This document shows, in pieces, positions 12,115-24,905 of a DNA stretch of 64,000 bases; the first letter of the stretch is position 1, and each line of letters opens with the position of its first letter. Source of the DNA: Sphyrna mokarran (taxonomy: Eukaryota); contig JAGIQG010000043.1 in assembly GCA_024679065.1 (NCBI GenBank), positions 1,736,001 to 1,800,000 of the forward strand, given 5' to 3'. The translations under genes were made by a program, and so were the position numbers. The notes under the pieces are model-generated. The model ran no database searches. It saw nothing but the letters and a program-made list of their open reading frames with translations, and was not told where the DNA came from.

Positions 12115-13998
12115 GTAGTTATTTACAATGACCACTCACAGAAGTGCAAACTTTTAATAAGAGAGGCCCCCACCATTGTACATTACAAATGCCCCTATTT
12201 GTTATTGCCTCCATGGAAATTGGCGGCACGGTGGCACAATGACTTACACTGCTGCTTCTCAACTCCAGAGGCCAGGTTCAATTCCACAATGACTGTTTGG
12301 AGTCTACACATTCTCCCATTACGCGCAGGTTTTCTCCAAGAACACCAGCTTCCTTCCAATTGGCGATGATGTGCAGGTTAGGTAGATTGGCCATGCTAAC
12401 TTGCCTCATGGTATCCAAGGATGTACAGGTTAATTGGATTAGTCGTGTAAATTGTCCCTTAGTCTCCTAAGTTGTGTAAATTCGGTGGATTGGCAGTGCT
12501 AAATTTCTTCTAGTGTCAGAAGGATTATCAGGGTAAATTGATAGAATTATGGTATTGCAGGGTCTGGGTGGGATTTTTGTTGGAGCATGGGCACTAGCAG
12601 AATGATCTCCTTCTGTACTGTAGGGATTCTATGATTCTATAAACCGAATTAATCACTCATCTATGGCAGGCCTCTCAAACGTTTTCTGTTTCGCTTTCTG
12701 AAATTTGTAGTTCCTTTTTTTTGTACCCCGGAGAGATGATCAGTCTGTGAGATGGCGCTGTGGGCATTGGCGGATTAATGGGGTTGGATAATGAGCGGAA
12801 AACTGGATGCTTGATAGAACATTAGCCATGATATTTTTGCATGGCGGAGCGGCCGACAGGGGCGGAGTGGCCTTCTGATATTCTGTTGCTTGTGTTCTTC
12901 CGTCTGACTAGGCAATATTGACATAGTTGTTCATCAGCAGCTAATTTGGAGATATGCCAACTAAAACGTCTGATTATATTCCCAAAATCACTTTATATTA
13001 ACATGTTTGCTGGCATTTTTTAAAATCCATTCATATAATCTACTTTTCCCGTTCTCATTTAAATACATCCATGAAAAAATGTTCTCTAACTACAGTCACG
13101 TCCTCCTGATAATTCGGCAACCAGAATTTCAGACTGCAGTCCGGCTGTGGCCTCAGCAAATTTCTATCGGATATCATAATGTCTTCCCTACTTTTGAAGG
13201 GAAGGGAAGAGATGGGAAAAGTTCTTGTGCTCCAGACAATTCGTCCGTCCCATGAAGTTTTCAACTTCTCATTCATCAGAACAACTCTGTCTATAGGAAT
13301 GCAGGGATTTCATTAAATGATTCCCCAATTCACTTTACTCAGACATCCATTCTCAACGCCAATCATTTCCTGATTGCACTGGAAGAGATGCAAAGGAGAT
13401 TCACCAGGATTCTGCCTGGGATGGAAAATTCAAGCTATAGAGGTGGATAGGATTGAGTCATTTTCGATGGAGCAGAGAAGACTGAGCGGTGACGTGATAG
13501 AGGTGTACAAAATTACGGGGAGCAGAGACAGAACGGATAAAGAGCAATCGTTCCCTTAGTCCAAAGGTCAGTCACAGGCTGCTGACATTATTCCTGAATT
13601 TGCCTTGGGATATTTTACACTCTTGTAACCACAAGAACATTGGCACAGATGGAGCTCTTTCAGACATTCGACAAGTTAGACCTGTGTTGACTGATTTGTA
13701 TCTTAACTCCATCCACGCTGTCCCATACAATAAACCTCTATCGCATTACTGAACAAAATCTGAATTCTGATAGTTTTCATTGAATTTCCTCCCTAGCAAC
13801 CCCCGCTTCCCCTTGGCCAGCAGTTATTGCCTATCCCTTGTCAGTCCTTAATCACACATCCAACGCACACACACTCACTCTAAAAAATATCTCTGTGAAT
13901 AAGCTGAAAACCCAATGGAAACATATTTGTTCTGAAGCATAATACAAGCTAAAATATCTTACATTGGCATTGAAGTTTTCTTTCAATATTTTGATAAT

Positions 13999-14238
13999 TC
14001 AGGCACAGATATATTTTGAACTATTCTTTTCACAATTACAGTAAAAAAAATGCAGAGAACTCTAAAAATTACATGAGAAATTAGAAGCATGAAAAGGTGA
14101 AATTGCACTGGAGTGGCTATTCTGTCTTAGACTGGCGGTCATGAAGAGAAAATTCATGTTCTCTTTGGGCGGAAATTGAGTCACCAGTCCGCTTGAATTT
14201 GCACTTTCCGAATTCCCCGTGCTACAAGATGCTTGCTT
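13999..14238 (-). CDS. Tentative gene B 3' cytoplasmic exons: 14238-14185 (KQASCSTGNSESANSSGL) and 14061-13999 (SSLHFFYCNCEKNSSKYICA*)
   Basis: Phase-0 acceptors cctgtattacag| and taatttttag|, donor CTG|gtgact; no independent motif support. Confidence 0.35.
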
Positions 14239-14939
14239 CTGTAATACAGGACATCCAGGAAACACGCGGTGAGTTCTCTCTCTCTCTCTCGTTTCTCTCA
14301 AGTTACAGTTTTGGAACCTCGTTGAAGGCCAGGCGAGCGTAAAGTGTCTGTTAATGAAAAGTGATCTGTTAGTGTAATCCAAACCAGCATTTTAGGAATA
14401 GGTGAGGGCATTGAGCCCCTCTATTCCCTCTATTCTTTTCCACCTGTTCATGGCTGACTAGTAGCTCAACTCATATAATCCACCAAAATTGAAAATTCCT
14501 TAATCCATTCCACAACAAATGCATCGGTCTCAGTTCTGAGAGTTTCAATTGTCCACTGTTCTGTGTAGCTTTTTGGCTATTCCAGAATTCCAGAACTCAC
14601 CCCCGCTTTGTGTGAAATGTTTCGATTTGTTTTATTATTTTCAGATGTATTGCAGTGACAAGTTTTGTTTCTTGATTGTTACAAAGACAAACATTTGTTC
14701 ATAGAGAAGGGACGTGATGGCTCTAGATTACAGTGGTAGAATCATAGTTAGAGATGTAGAGGAAGGTCAGCTTAATTAAATATAGGTTCCACCCAAGTCT
14801 GATGGAAGCAGGGAAGAAACAGTTCTTGGGTCGGTTGGCACGTAATCTCAGACTTACGTACATTTTTTTTCGATGGAAGAAAAGAGTATGTCTAGAACAT
14901 GTGGGTCCTTGATTATGCTGGCTGATTTTACACATAACA

Positions 14940-15670
14940 TAGGAACATATAAGTTAGGAACAAGGAGAAAGCCATTTAGCCCTTCAAACCTGTTCAACTA
15001 TTGATCACGGTCATGTCTAATCACCAACTTCAATCGCTAAATCGTGCTTTCTCCCATTAACCTTTGTCCCATATCTGAGCAACTCTTGAATATATTCAAT
15101 ATTTTGGCATCAACTACTTCATGTGGCAATGAATTCCGCAGGCTCACTACTCTTTGAGTGAAGAAATATCTCCTCATCTACGTCCTAAATGGTCTATCCT
15201 GAGTCATCAGACTGTGGTCCCTACTTCTGAACTCACCCACTATTGGGAATATCCTCTTTGCATCTACTACGTCTAGTCTTATTTGAATGTTATAAGTCTC
15301 AATGAGACACTCCATTCGTCTGAACTCCAGCGAAAACAATCCTAACCTAGTGAATATCTCCTTATACATCAGCCGTACCATCCCTGGAATCAGCTGCTGC
15401 ACTTCCTCGAGAGCAAGGACATCCTTCCTCAGAAAACAAGATTAAAAGTGCACATAGTACGCTAGAGATGGCCTCACCAAAGCCCCGTATGATTGGAACA
15501 ATACATCCCTGCTCCTGTAATCGAAATCTCTCGCCGTCTTTATCATGTGCTGTATCTGTAATAACTTCAGGAACTGGTGCACAAAGGCACCCACGTCCCG
15601 CTGAACACTCTTCTCTCCCAAAATAGAACTATTCATGTAGTAATCTGCCTTCTCATTTTTGCTTTCAAAA
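14940..15670 (-). mobile_element. Old CR1 3' fragment
   Basis: RLGLFSLEFRRM and LVRPSLAYYV-like remnants. Confidence 0.7.
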
Positions 15671-15677
15671 TTATTAA

Positions 15678-16120
15678 GCTCGGTATGGCTCCTGCTCTGT
15701 CCAAGACCGCAAGAAACAACAAAGCTTTGTGAACAAAGCCCAGTCCATCACACAAACCAGCCTCCTGTCCATTGATACGGTCTACACTTCCCACCGCCTC
15801 GGAAAAGCAGCCAGCATAATCACGGACTCCACGCCCCCTAGACATACTCTTTTCCAACTTCTTCTATCAGGGAAGAAGGTACAACGTCTTAGGTCGTGTA
15901 TCAAGAACAGTTTCCTCCCTGCTGCCATCAGACTTTTGAATGGACCTACCTCGCATTAGGTTGATGTTTCTCCACAGCCAAACTAGAGCTGTAATATTGA
16001 ATTCTGTAGTCTCTTCTTTCCTTCTTTATGAACGGTATGCTTTGTCTGTCTTGTGCTCAAGAAGTAATAATTTTTACTACATGCTGACATATACGATAAT
16101 AATAAATCCAATCAAATCAA
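15678..16120 (+). mobile_element. Rex1/Babar-like LINE 3' fragment (related copies at ~14620-14930, 20130-20330, 36520-36870, 40900-41030, 63240-63440)
   Basis: HTLFQLLLSGK..KNSFLPAAIRLLN and NLSLNVNRTKETDIDFRK motifs. Confidence 0.6.
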
Positions 16121-16320
16121 ATGTCCCACGAATGAACTAAAGCAAAAGTAGTTCTAATGAAATATAATTCGGTCTCGAAACTTTCTCTGTCCGTGAACAC
16201 CACCAGGATTGCTGAGATTTCCTCGAATTTTCTGTGTTCTAGTTGAATTTTAAAACTTGGATTTTGTAAAAAAGTGAAAACTATCCATGTGGTATAGCCA
16301 CAATAATTCTATTCATTCAC

Positions 16321-16379
16321 CTCTTTATCCTGTTTGTGTTCTCTGGATTCTGTCAGTTCCTCATCACTGTTCGCGGTTC
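16321..16379 (-). CDS. Gene B cytoplasmic exon (GTANSDEELTESREHKQDKE)
   Basis: ctctttctaacag| acceptor, GAG|gtgaat donor, phase 1-0. Confidence 0.7.
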
Positions 16380-19300
16380 CTGTTAGAAAGAGGGATTTAA
16401 ACTGAAATTTGAAATGGCTACATCTCACACCGAACCTGTTCAGATGTATCAATAACTTAGAGAGAAATAAGTGGATTGAGTAACAGCGTCCCTTAACAAT
16501 CGCTACCTCTCTGTCGGTTCCTGCAGATCCTTCTTCCGGCCACAAGAACCAATCCCAGAAGGAGAAGGGTCGCGGCTGGAAACCCGCCGGAAAACATTAT
16601 ATTACATGTGGTCGGGAACGAAGAATCTGCAACAAGAATTAAAATTTCACTCAAAAAAATCGGTTGTGAAAGTAATTAAACAAGCCAAGGATCTTGAGAA
16701 AACGGTCTGCCCAATTTGACTGGAAAATGACTAAACGTTTTGCATACTTTTCCGTCATATATTAGAGTAGCACTTTTACAATAGGATACAAGGCGCGGTA
16801 GAGCGACAGAGTGATAGAGAGACTGAGAAATTTTTTGAACAGGGTACCTTTAGGGAAAGACAGAGAGCGAAACATTCAAGGAGAGTGTAGTCACTGAATC
16901 CCACAATGCAAAGGCGACCATTCGGCCCATCGTGTCAGAACCAACAACAATCTCACGCGATCCACATATTTATCCTGCTAATCCCCCTGAAAACCTGCTC
17001 AATTTGGCATGACCAATCAACCCACATAACTTTGGACTGTGGGAGGAATCTGAATCACCCGTAGAAAACCCATGCAGTTATGAGGACAATGTGCAAACTC
17101 CACACAGACAGTGATTGGAAGCCAGAATTTTAACACTGACACCTGACACAGTGAGGCATCAGTGCTAACGACTGTTGCACTGCACTGCCCAATTGAGAGA
17201 CTTTAGATAGTCATTTTCCAATAGAACACAGAACGACGTAGGGAGAGACAGTGACAGAAGGATGAGAACTTTTTGAACAAGGTACAGATAGAGAAAGATG
17301 TATAGAGTGAAAGATTCAGGGAGAGAGTGAGAACCAAGGTGTTGGAAAGCAGTTGCAACAACAGAGAATTAAAGCACAAGATAGAACCATAGAGTTGTAG
17401 AGGTTTACAGCTGGAAACAAGCCGTTTGGCCCAACTTTCCCCCTTTTTAAACAACTACGCTAGTCCCAATTGTCTGTGTTTAGTCCATATCTCTCTACAG
17501 CCTTCTTGCCCATGTGACTCCCTAAGCACATTTTAAAGAGCAAAATTCTACCCGCCTCTGCTACTACTCCTGGTAGCTTGTTCCAGACACTCTCCATCTT
17601 CTGTGCGAAAAAAAAATCCTCCAGATATATTGAAAGAACAAATGATTTAGAGTTAGAGCACAAATACGATGGGACACTGTTCAAATATGACAGGGGATGG
17701 AGAGATAGACAGAGCAGACAACTTACACAGCAATATTTAGTTCGATTTCCAATGATGAAACATCGACAGAATTTTAGAGAAAGAGTGATAAGAAGAGAAC
17801 AATGTGGATAATGCAGAGCGGGATGGGCGGACATTTAGATGGAGCAACTGGCATAGAAAATAGTAAAGGAATGTTGAGGAATACTAGATAAACCAACAAA
17901 TAGAGGGAGAGATGGAGACAGAGAGGAAGAGAGAGGGAGATCAATAGCTGAAGGTTGAGTGAGAGTAAGAGAGATGCAAACGGTGTGTTAGGACAGACTG
18001 ACTCCAGGGTAATATGGAGGATTTATAGAGGGAAGGGGAGGGATGGGATGTTAACAGGGGAAGGTAAACAACTGGACAGATCGTAAAATCCTACATAAGT
18101 CTATTCGGCCCATCGAGCAAGTATGCTACTGGTGTCACCCGGGGCCCAAACACGAGATCCTAAGAATTTACCAGGGCAATTTAGCACTGGTTCATTCACC
18201 AAACCTACACATCTTTGGACACCAAGGGATGATTTAGCATGACTGATCCATAAAACTTGCACATCTCTGGACACTAAGGGTTAATTTAGCATGGCTAATC
18301 CACATAACCTCTATGTCTTTGGACACTAAGAGGTAACTTAGCATGGCCAATCCACCTAACCAGCACATCTGTTGGCACAAAGAGGCAAGTTAGCTTGAGC
18401 AATCCACTTAACCCGCACATCTTTGCATACTAAGGGGCAAATTAGCACGGTCAATCCACGTAACCTGTACATCTGGGGAATGTGGGAGGAAACCGCAGCA
18501 CCTGGAGGAAACCCATGACAACATGCAAAGTGCGCATAGACAACCACCCAGAGCCGGAACTGAACCCGAATCACTAGAACTTTGAGTCAGCAATGCTAAT
18601 GTTCCATTGTGCATATAACTTGTCGCGCACACTGCAATTGAAAGAGATTGAAGTAGAGAGAGACAAAGGGATAAATGAAAGGTTCACTAGCATGCTGAGA
18701 TGAAGTGTGAAGCATGAAGAGATGAGGGGTATAATCACACATTTCAATTTGACACAATGGTTTCTGAACTTCAGAAATGTAGCGGTGTCTTCGGACACTC
18801 TAGAAGTGAGAGATGGAAAGATGACATTCGGCCCATCAAGTTTACTCTGCCTTTCAATAGCACCATGGCTGACCGTGTACCTAAACTTAACTTGCCCGTC
18901 CTTTCCCTTTACCCTGTAATCTATCCGCTCTCACAAATGTGCTTCAGCGATTGAACATCCACGGCTCTCTACGGCAGCGAAAAAGCGCGATTGGGAGGGC
19001 TGTGATAGGACAACGATGAATTGGATCTCCATGGAAATACCCGCAGTGACATTGCTAGTTTACAAAGCTGGACTGATCTTTGTAAAGTGTCCCGTTAGCG
19101 TTAAATGTCTTGACATAAAGGATCATTGTGAATAGTTACCTCTTTGAGATGAGACAATTTCACTGAGAATACTTCCAACGGAATTGACCTGAAGGCCGCA
19201 AGTATAGCGTGCGCCGCTTCTCCAAAATTCCGACGAGACGTTGATGTAACTCCTGACGGTGTAGGTCCCGTCCGACTCCAGTGTCCCCGAATCGGTCTGC

Positions 19301-21786
19301 CCCTCGATATCCCGCCCCGAAACATTCCAGCGGACGGGAAAGGAATCGGGAGACACGCCTCTGACCAAACACAACAATGGGACATTTTCCATGGTGGGAA
19401 TCTCATCCAGCGGCGGGGTGAGGAGGAATATGGAGGGAGAACCCGCTAAATCCGGCAAATGAAACGGAGAACATATTAAGAGGTTGAACTTTACTTGCTT
19501 TGAGATATCCACTGCAATAGAATAATAATGGAATTTACCTGTAATCACTAACTTGGAGCCATTTCCGAATATTTGGGCCTCTTTTTGATAATTGGGCACT
19601 GCACAGTAATACATCCCAGAATCTTTTTTCTGCGAATCCGTAATGATGTGTACAAATGCCCTCTTTTGCAGAAATCTCGCTGGAAAACCTCCCTTTAGCT
19701 GGACTATTATGGAACGCTGTGTAAACCAAATCCATTTCGTTTCTCTCTCTCTGTCTGTACCAATTGACAAAGCTAACAGCTTGACCCTGGATACGGCACC
19801 GGAGATTAACGGGATTGCCGGCAGGGACCGTCTGAACCGGCGGAGACTGGGGCAAGGTGATCTGAGACTCTATAACTAGGAAAGAGAGAGAGAAAACAGT
19901 CACCTCAGGTTATGGAACATTTTCTGAACTAGACCCCCACAGTGATACGCCGATTGGGAATAAATAATCAAACGAGCCCCCAATCCATTGACTTCATCGA
20001 TACTTCCCACACACTCAGATAATAAAAGCAGCAAGCATATTTAAAGACCCAACGCAACCAAAACATTCTGTCTTCCACATTCTTCCGTTGGGAAAATGAT
20101 ACAAAATTCTGAGGACACGTACCAACAGACCCAAGAACAAATTCTGCATTGCAACCATCAGAATTTTGAATGGACCTACCTCGCACTAAACTGATCTTTC
20201 TCTACACCCCAGCTATGATGGTAGCACTACAATCTCTCACCTTTCCTACTCTATGAGCGATATGTTTTGTCTGTATAATGCGTCAGAAACAGCATTTTTC
20301 ACTACATGTTAACACGTGACAACAATGATTTTTTTTTTAAAACGATTCTAAGTTAAAATCGCACTATTAAATCGTTCTAGTTATGGTGGTCATTTGCCCC
20401 ATTTTCCTCCTCATGTTCTAAAGGTGCTATATACGATTTCATTCACCCCTAAATCTGGTTTGAATCTGGTTTGGCAGAGGACACATGTGAACTGTGTAAT
20501 ATCAATCACATGAAGAATTACAGTGAAACTACATGCCTCAACTGTTGCCTACATACTTCTCTCTTCTTATATGACACCGACTGAATGAGGATGCTGGAAT
20601 CTGAACCAAAAACAGAAAATGCTGGAAAATCTCTGTTGGGTTATTGGATTTGTGATTAGTGCAGATCTTATGGGCCAAACGGCTTCTTTCAGGGCTGTAT
20701 GATTCTTGGTCTTAGGATATCTGTGGAGAGGGAACAGACCCAAAATTCCGAGTGTTGTTTATCATCCGTGAGAACACCACGCTCTCTGACCTAGAATCGC
20801 AGACAGCCCCTGCAGTGCAGAAAGAAGTCACATTAAGTCTGAACTGATCGCAAACGCCATAACTCCAATTACTTACCCGACTAACACATGGTAAATTTAG
20901 CACAGCCAATCAACCTAACCTGCACACTTTTTTTTGTGATTGTGGGAGGAAATAGGAACACAAAGAGGGAACATTCGAAGACACGGCAAGAAATTGCAAA
21001 CTCCACACAGGCATTAACTCAAGCCGGCAATCGAACCCAGGCCTCGGGTGGTGTGGGGCAGCAGTGCTAACCACTGTGCCACTGAGGTGAACCAGCAGTT
21101 TCTGTTTTTGCTTCATTTCTTCGTCTCCTCCACCAACTTTGGGCGCCTTTTCCGCCAAAAAAAAAACTCACCCTGAAGTTCTACTTGAAATTCCTTCTCC
21201 AAAGTGGCCAATATTGTTAACGGAGCCCACTCACACATCATATCTTAAGAGAAATCACAATTGGGACAAATTTCTTTCTAATCATAGTTATTAGTCGACT
21301 TCCCATTTTCTCAGCAAGATTTGTTTTGTTAGTTAGAGTGTAAACTTACACGCTAACACACATTGTATAATATCGCAGAATCAAGAGGGCGATCTTTCGG
21401 CACTTTGAGTGCGCTTTGAATCTTTGAAAACTTTAGCTAATATTGCTAAATTTTCTCCCTTTAGTTATGTATCCAGTTCCCCCTTTTTGAAAGTTCCAAT
21501 TCCACTCTTTTGGAAATTCCAATTGAATCTGCTTCCACCGTCCTTTCAGACAAAGCCTTCCAGATCACAGCAACTTAGGCGGATAAAAAAAACTCCCCTC
21601 ATCTCCTTCTCTGTTACTTTTACCAAATTCTTGAATCCATGTTCTCTTCGTTCCCGCTACTTCTGCCGATGGAAACAATCTCTACCTCTTCGCTCTATCC
21701 AAATCCTTCTCCGCTCTATCTGAATATCATGAGGATATCTCACCCTGGAAGAGATAGAGCCATGCATAGATACCGAGGAAACTCAT
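16321..21786 (-). CDS. Gene B: non-rearranging VJ-C1 IgSF membrane receptor with a 1-nt frameshift in the V exon as assembled (recent pseudogene, null allele or sequence error)
   Basis: Exons 21786-21744 (leader), 19875-19539 (V, 337 nt instead of 336/339), 19445-19140 (C1), 16626-16507 (TM), 16379-16321 (cytoplasmic). All introns are GT-AG. Confidence 0.8.
16507..16626 (-). CDS. Gene B exon 4, stalk Cys + TM (DSSFPTTCNIMFSGGFPAATLLLLGLVLVAGRRICRNRQR)
   Basis: ttcttgttgcag| acceptor, 120 nt phase 1-1, uncharged hydrophobic helix followed by an Arg-rich segment. Confidence 0.8.
18100..18612 (-). mobile_element. HE1/V-SINE-like tRNA-derived SINE with about 6 tandem ~51-bp 3' units
   Basis: Repeated unit ggacactaaggggcaatttagcatggccaatccacctaacctgcacatcttt, with a tRNA-like head at the 18550-18612 end. 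Confidence 0.8.
19140..19445 (-). CDS. Gene B exon 3, C1-set domain
   Basis: Motifs SPSIFLLTPP, VPLLCLVRGVSPDSFPVRWN, DGTYTVRSYINV, WRSGARYTC; 306 nt, phase 1-1, donor G|gtaact. Confidence 0.92.
19539..19875 (-). CDS. Gene B exon 2, VJ domain (frameshift near 19660-19670)
   Basis: One frame reads QITLPQSPPVQTVPAGNPVNLRC..VNWYRQ..KGRFSSEISA; a second frame reads KRAFVHIITDSQKKDSGMYYCAVPNYQKEAQIFGNGSKLVITG. Acceptor ctttcctag|, donor G|gtaaat. Confidence 0.9.
21744..21786 (-). CDS. Gene B exon 1, signal peptide MSFLGIYAWLYLFQ
   Basis: acaATG, hydrophobic run, phase-1 donor G|gtgaga. Confidence 0.8.
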
Positions 21787-21933
21787 TGTCCTTGACCCAG
21801 AAGGTGAGACTCTGAGCCCCCGTTCCGATTTCAGTGAGAACACGTTCTTACTCTCTCTGTGCGGGGGGCGTCTGAAATGTGCGCGCTGTGCATAAAAATG
21901 AAAACATGTCAGGTTGGAAAATAGAACCGAGGT

Positions 21934-21956
21934 GGAATTTCTCTGTGGTTTTCCTG
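21934..21956 (-). promoter_or_regulatory. Candidate proximal promoter motifs of gene B (RUNX TGTGGTT abutting ETS core TTCCTG; kB-like GGAATTTCTC)
   Basis: Motif matches about 150-170 nt upstream of the ATG, next to a GC box near 21862. Confidence 0.3.
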
Positions 21957-24106
21957 TATACAACCGGTTCAGGTGCCTGCGAGCATTCGACATGTTCTAC
22001 AGAATATCTCAGATGTCTGACACATCAGTGACGCCAGATTTTGAGTGCAGAGCACTGTTCTTCCTAGTCTGAGAAAGTTCATTTGTTAGGCACAAGTAGG
22101 CTTACATTAACATTGAAATGCATTAACATGCCTCCTCATCGCTGTACTTCGCCGCTTGTAGACTGAACGAGAATTAACAAGGCCAATACAAGTAACCAGC
22201 ATATCTTTCGGACTGTGGGAAGAAACCGAAAACCCAGGCAGACATGGGCAGAATGTGTAGGTTCAATACGGATGGTATGCCAAGCCGGGAATCGAACCCA
22301 GTTCCTCGGCTCTGGGAGGCAGGAAATGCTAACCACAGTCCACCGGACTACTGCAGCAAAGATGCACAGGAACTGAAAAGGTGCAGTTAACATTTCATAT
22401 GAATTACACCAGAAAAGAGAGCGTGTAACTCACAATAAAGCATGCAGAAATTGGAGCTTATTTTTCCTCTAAAACAAGTGGAAATTGAAGGTTGAACAAT
22501 CGAGAAAATCAATTATGAAATGGTTCATCAAAGTAGAAGTAGAATTTCAAACTATTGCAAGATGAAATAGTCGCCAGCAGCGAATTCAGGGAAAAAAATA
22601 TATTTTGGAGGACTGGGCGCAATATAGAGCTCGCTACCACAGGGAGTGCTTTGATTTCATTTGGCTTGGTTTATTATTGTCACACGTATTAGCATAGTTT
22701 ATAAATTAGTGTTTCCTGGCGCTATACAGGAAAGTATACTGTTCATAGAGTACACAGATTTGATTTATTATTGTCACATATATCTTGTGATCTATACAAA
22801 GTTTACCGTTCATAGAGAAAGAAAGGACATTATACAGAATGTAGTGTTGCTGTCATAGAGAAAGATCAACTCAATGAAAGATAGGTCAATTTTTCGCAAT
22901 AAGCTTATACATGTGACAGTAATATATCAGATCATATCAAGTTGAAAGTGCTTATTTATTAAAAAAAAGTCGCACGATTACAATCTCATTGTGGCACTTG
23001 ATGTCCTATTTTTCTCCCCACCTCTGCTCGTGACGAATGACAAAAAATTGTATTTTATCTGGGCAGTTGGATAGACGGAGTAGAGAAAGAGCTAGAAGAA
23101 TATGTTGATGGGGTGACAGGAAGAGGCACGTCTGGAGCATTAACTGCCGCGAGTGGGCCAAATGGTAGCAATCTGCGCTGTACTTTGTATGCAATTGTGT
23201 TAGAAAAAACTGAAATCCAAGCCACACAGAAGCCATGCTTTGAAAGGCTGATATGTGAGCGCTATGTGAGTGCTGCCTCTTCGCTTTTCATCGATTACAA
23301 CAGGGCATGGCCGAGATTATTTCAGTGAGATTACAGTTGCCTTGCGTAATGTGGAGCCTGTCTCGAACATAGGATATCTCAGGGCTCCTTGCAGCCAATG
23401 ATATGTCTTTGGAAGTACAGTTATCTTTGAAATGTAAGAGATTCAGATTTACACAACATATGATCCCAAAAATAGATAATTGATATCGCCTCGATGTGTT
23501 GAGAGATAAAATCATAAAATTCCTTCAGAGTGGAAGCGGGTAATTCAGCCCAGCGAACTTGCACTGCCAGAAATCCCACTCAGGCCCTATTGTCTTGATC
23601 TTCCATATTTATCCTACTGACACCAAGTGGCAATTTAGCATGACCAGTCGACCTAACCTGCACAACTTGATACATTAAGGACAATTTAATATGGCCAATT
23701 CACCAATATAACATCATGATACCCCATTTTTGTACTATATTCCACTGTCAGTGAAAGCAGTCATTTGATCCAAAGCCGTATATGTTTTGACATCACAAGT
23801 GCATATCTAAATAGTTCTTAAATATTGTAAGGGTCCTTGTCTCTGCCACCTTCTCAGGGACTAAGGTTCCAGCCTCCCATCATTTCCTGGTCAGAACGGT
23901 ATTTTTAGCACTGCTGCAGAGGAGGTTTGCCGGGATGTTTCTTGATACTTTAAGGACAATTTAATATGGTCAATCCATCTAACCTGCACATTTTGATACA
24001 TTAAAGGCAATTTTACATGGCCAATCTACCTAACCTACACATCGGGAGACATTAAGAGCAATTTAGCGTATCCATTGTCTCTTGCCTATACATCTTTGGA
24101 CATTAA

Positions 24107-24460
24107 TAGAACATAGAACATAGAATATTCTTCGATGTTGCGCCGACCAATTATGAAAAAAGCAATGAACCTCCAAACTAAACCATTCCCTTTTCCATAA
24201 ACTTATCAACTAACCTCTTAAACGCCACCAAATGTGGCGCATCTACAACTGCCGCAGGCAGGGCATTCCACTCCCTAACCACCCTCTGGGTAAAGAACCT
24301 ACCTCTGATATCCGTCCTATAACTACCACCCCTTAATTTAAAGCTATGTCTCCTTGTGCTAACTTTCTCCATCCTAGGAAAAAGGCTATCACTGTCCACC
24401 CTATCTAAACCTCTAATCATCTTATATGTTTCGATAAGGTCTCCTCTTAGCCGCCTTCTT
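24107..24460 (-). mobile_element. Young CR1 3' end inserted into SINE tandem units
   Basis: RRRLRGDLIETYKMIRGLD motif and atagaac tail; flanked by ~51-bp SINE units. Confidence 0.9.
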
Positions 24461-24905
24461 ACTAACGAAGGGGCTATTAAGGGGCAATTTTGTATGGCCA
24501 ATCCAGATAACCTACACATTTTTGGACACCAAGGGAAAAATTATCATAGCCAATCTCTTTATTCAGCATACGTTTGGTAACTAAGGGACAATTTAACATG
24601 GCCGAACCCTGTCGATATGTTGCTCTTTTCTACAAATATATGTTAGTTTTTTGCAGAAATGAAAAGTGGTGACACGACACAGAAACAGACAAGGATCTAA
24701 ATTTGAAACGAAAATGTTACGTGATTTATTGTACTTAACATAATCTTACATCATTCACTTCAAGTAGGCTGTTGGTCATAGGAGTAAAGGAGAGTAATAA
24801 TATGTATTTATTAGTGCACTTGTACAAAGATAGCACACCCATAAATATCTCTTTTATACTGACAAACGCTCTTATTTAACAATGACAGAAATATCCCTTC
24901 ACCTT

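Noticed and set aside
14035-14061. SLHFF(Y) in the tentative gene B last exon as a decayed LHYxxL ITIM
   Set aside because: It needs several assumed changes within a T run, and the exon itself is only tentative.
18170-18480. Regularly spaced ~51-bp repeats resembling a CRISPR-like array
   Set aside because: They are contiguous degenerate tandem units of the SINE 3' region with no unique spacers, in eukaryotic DNA.
19140-19875. Calling gene B (or A) a conventional Ig light chain or TCR chain
   Set aside because: V and J are fused in the germline, C1 ends at a phase-1 donor leading to an uncharged TM, and the tail is multi-exon. There is no CART-type charged TM and no light-chain C-terminal Cys/stop.
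19938-19976. Perfect CACAGTG in gene B intron 1 (another at 49170-49176)
   Set aside because: Both lie on the 5' side of the V exon rather than at the V/J junction and have no nonamer; a 7-mer is expected several times by chance in 64 kb.
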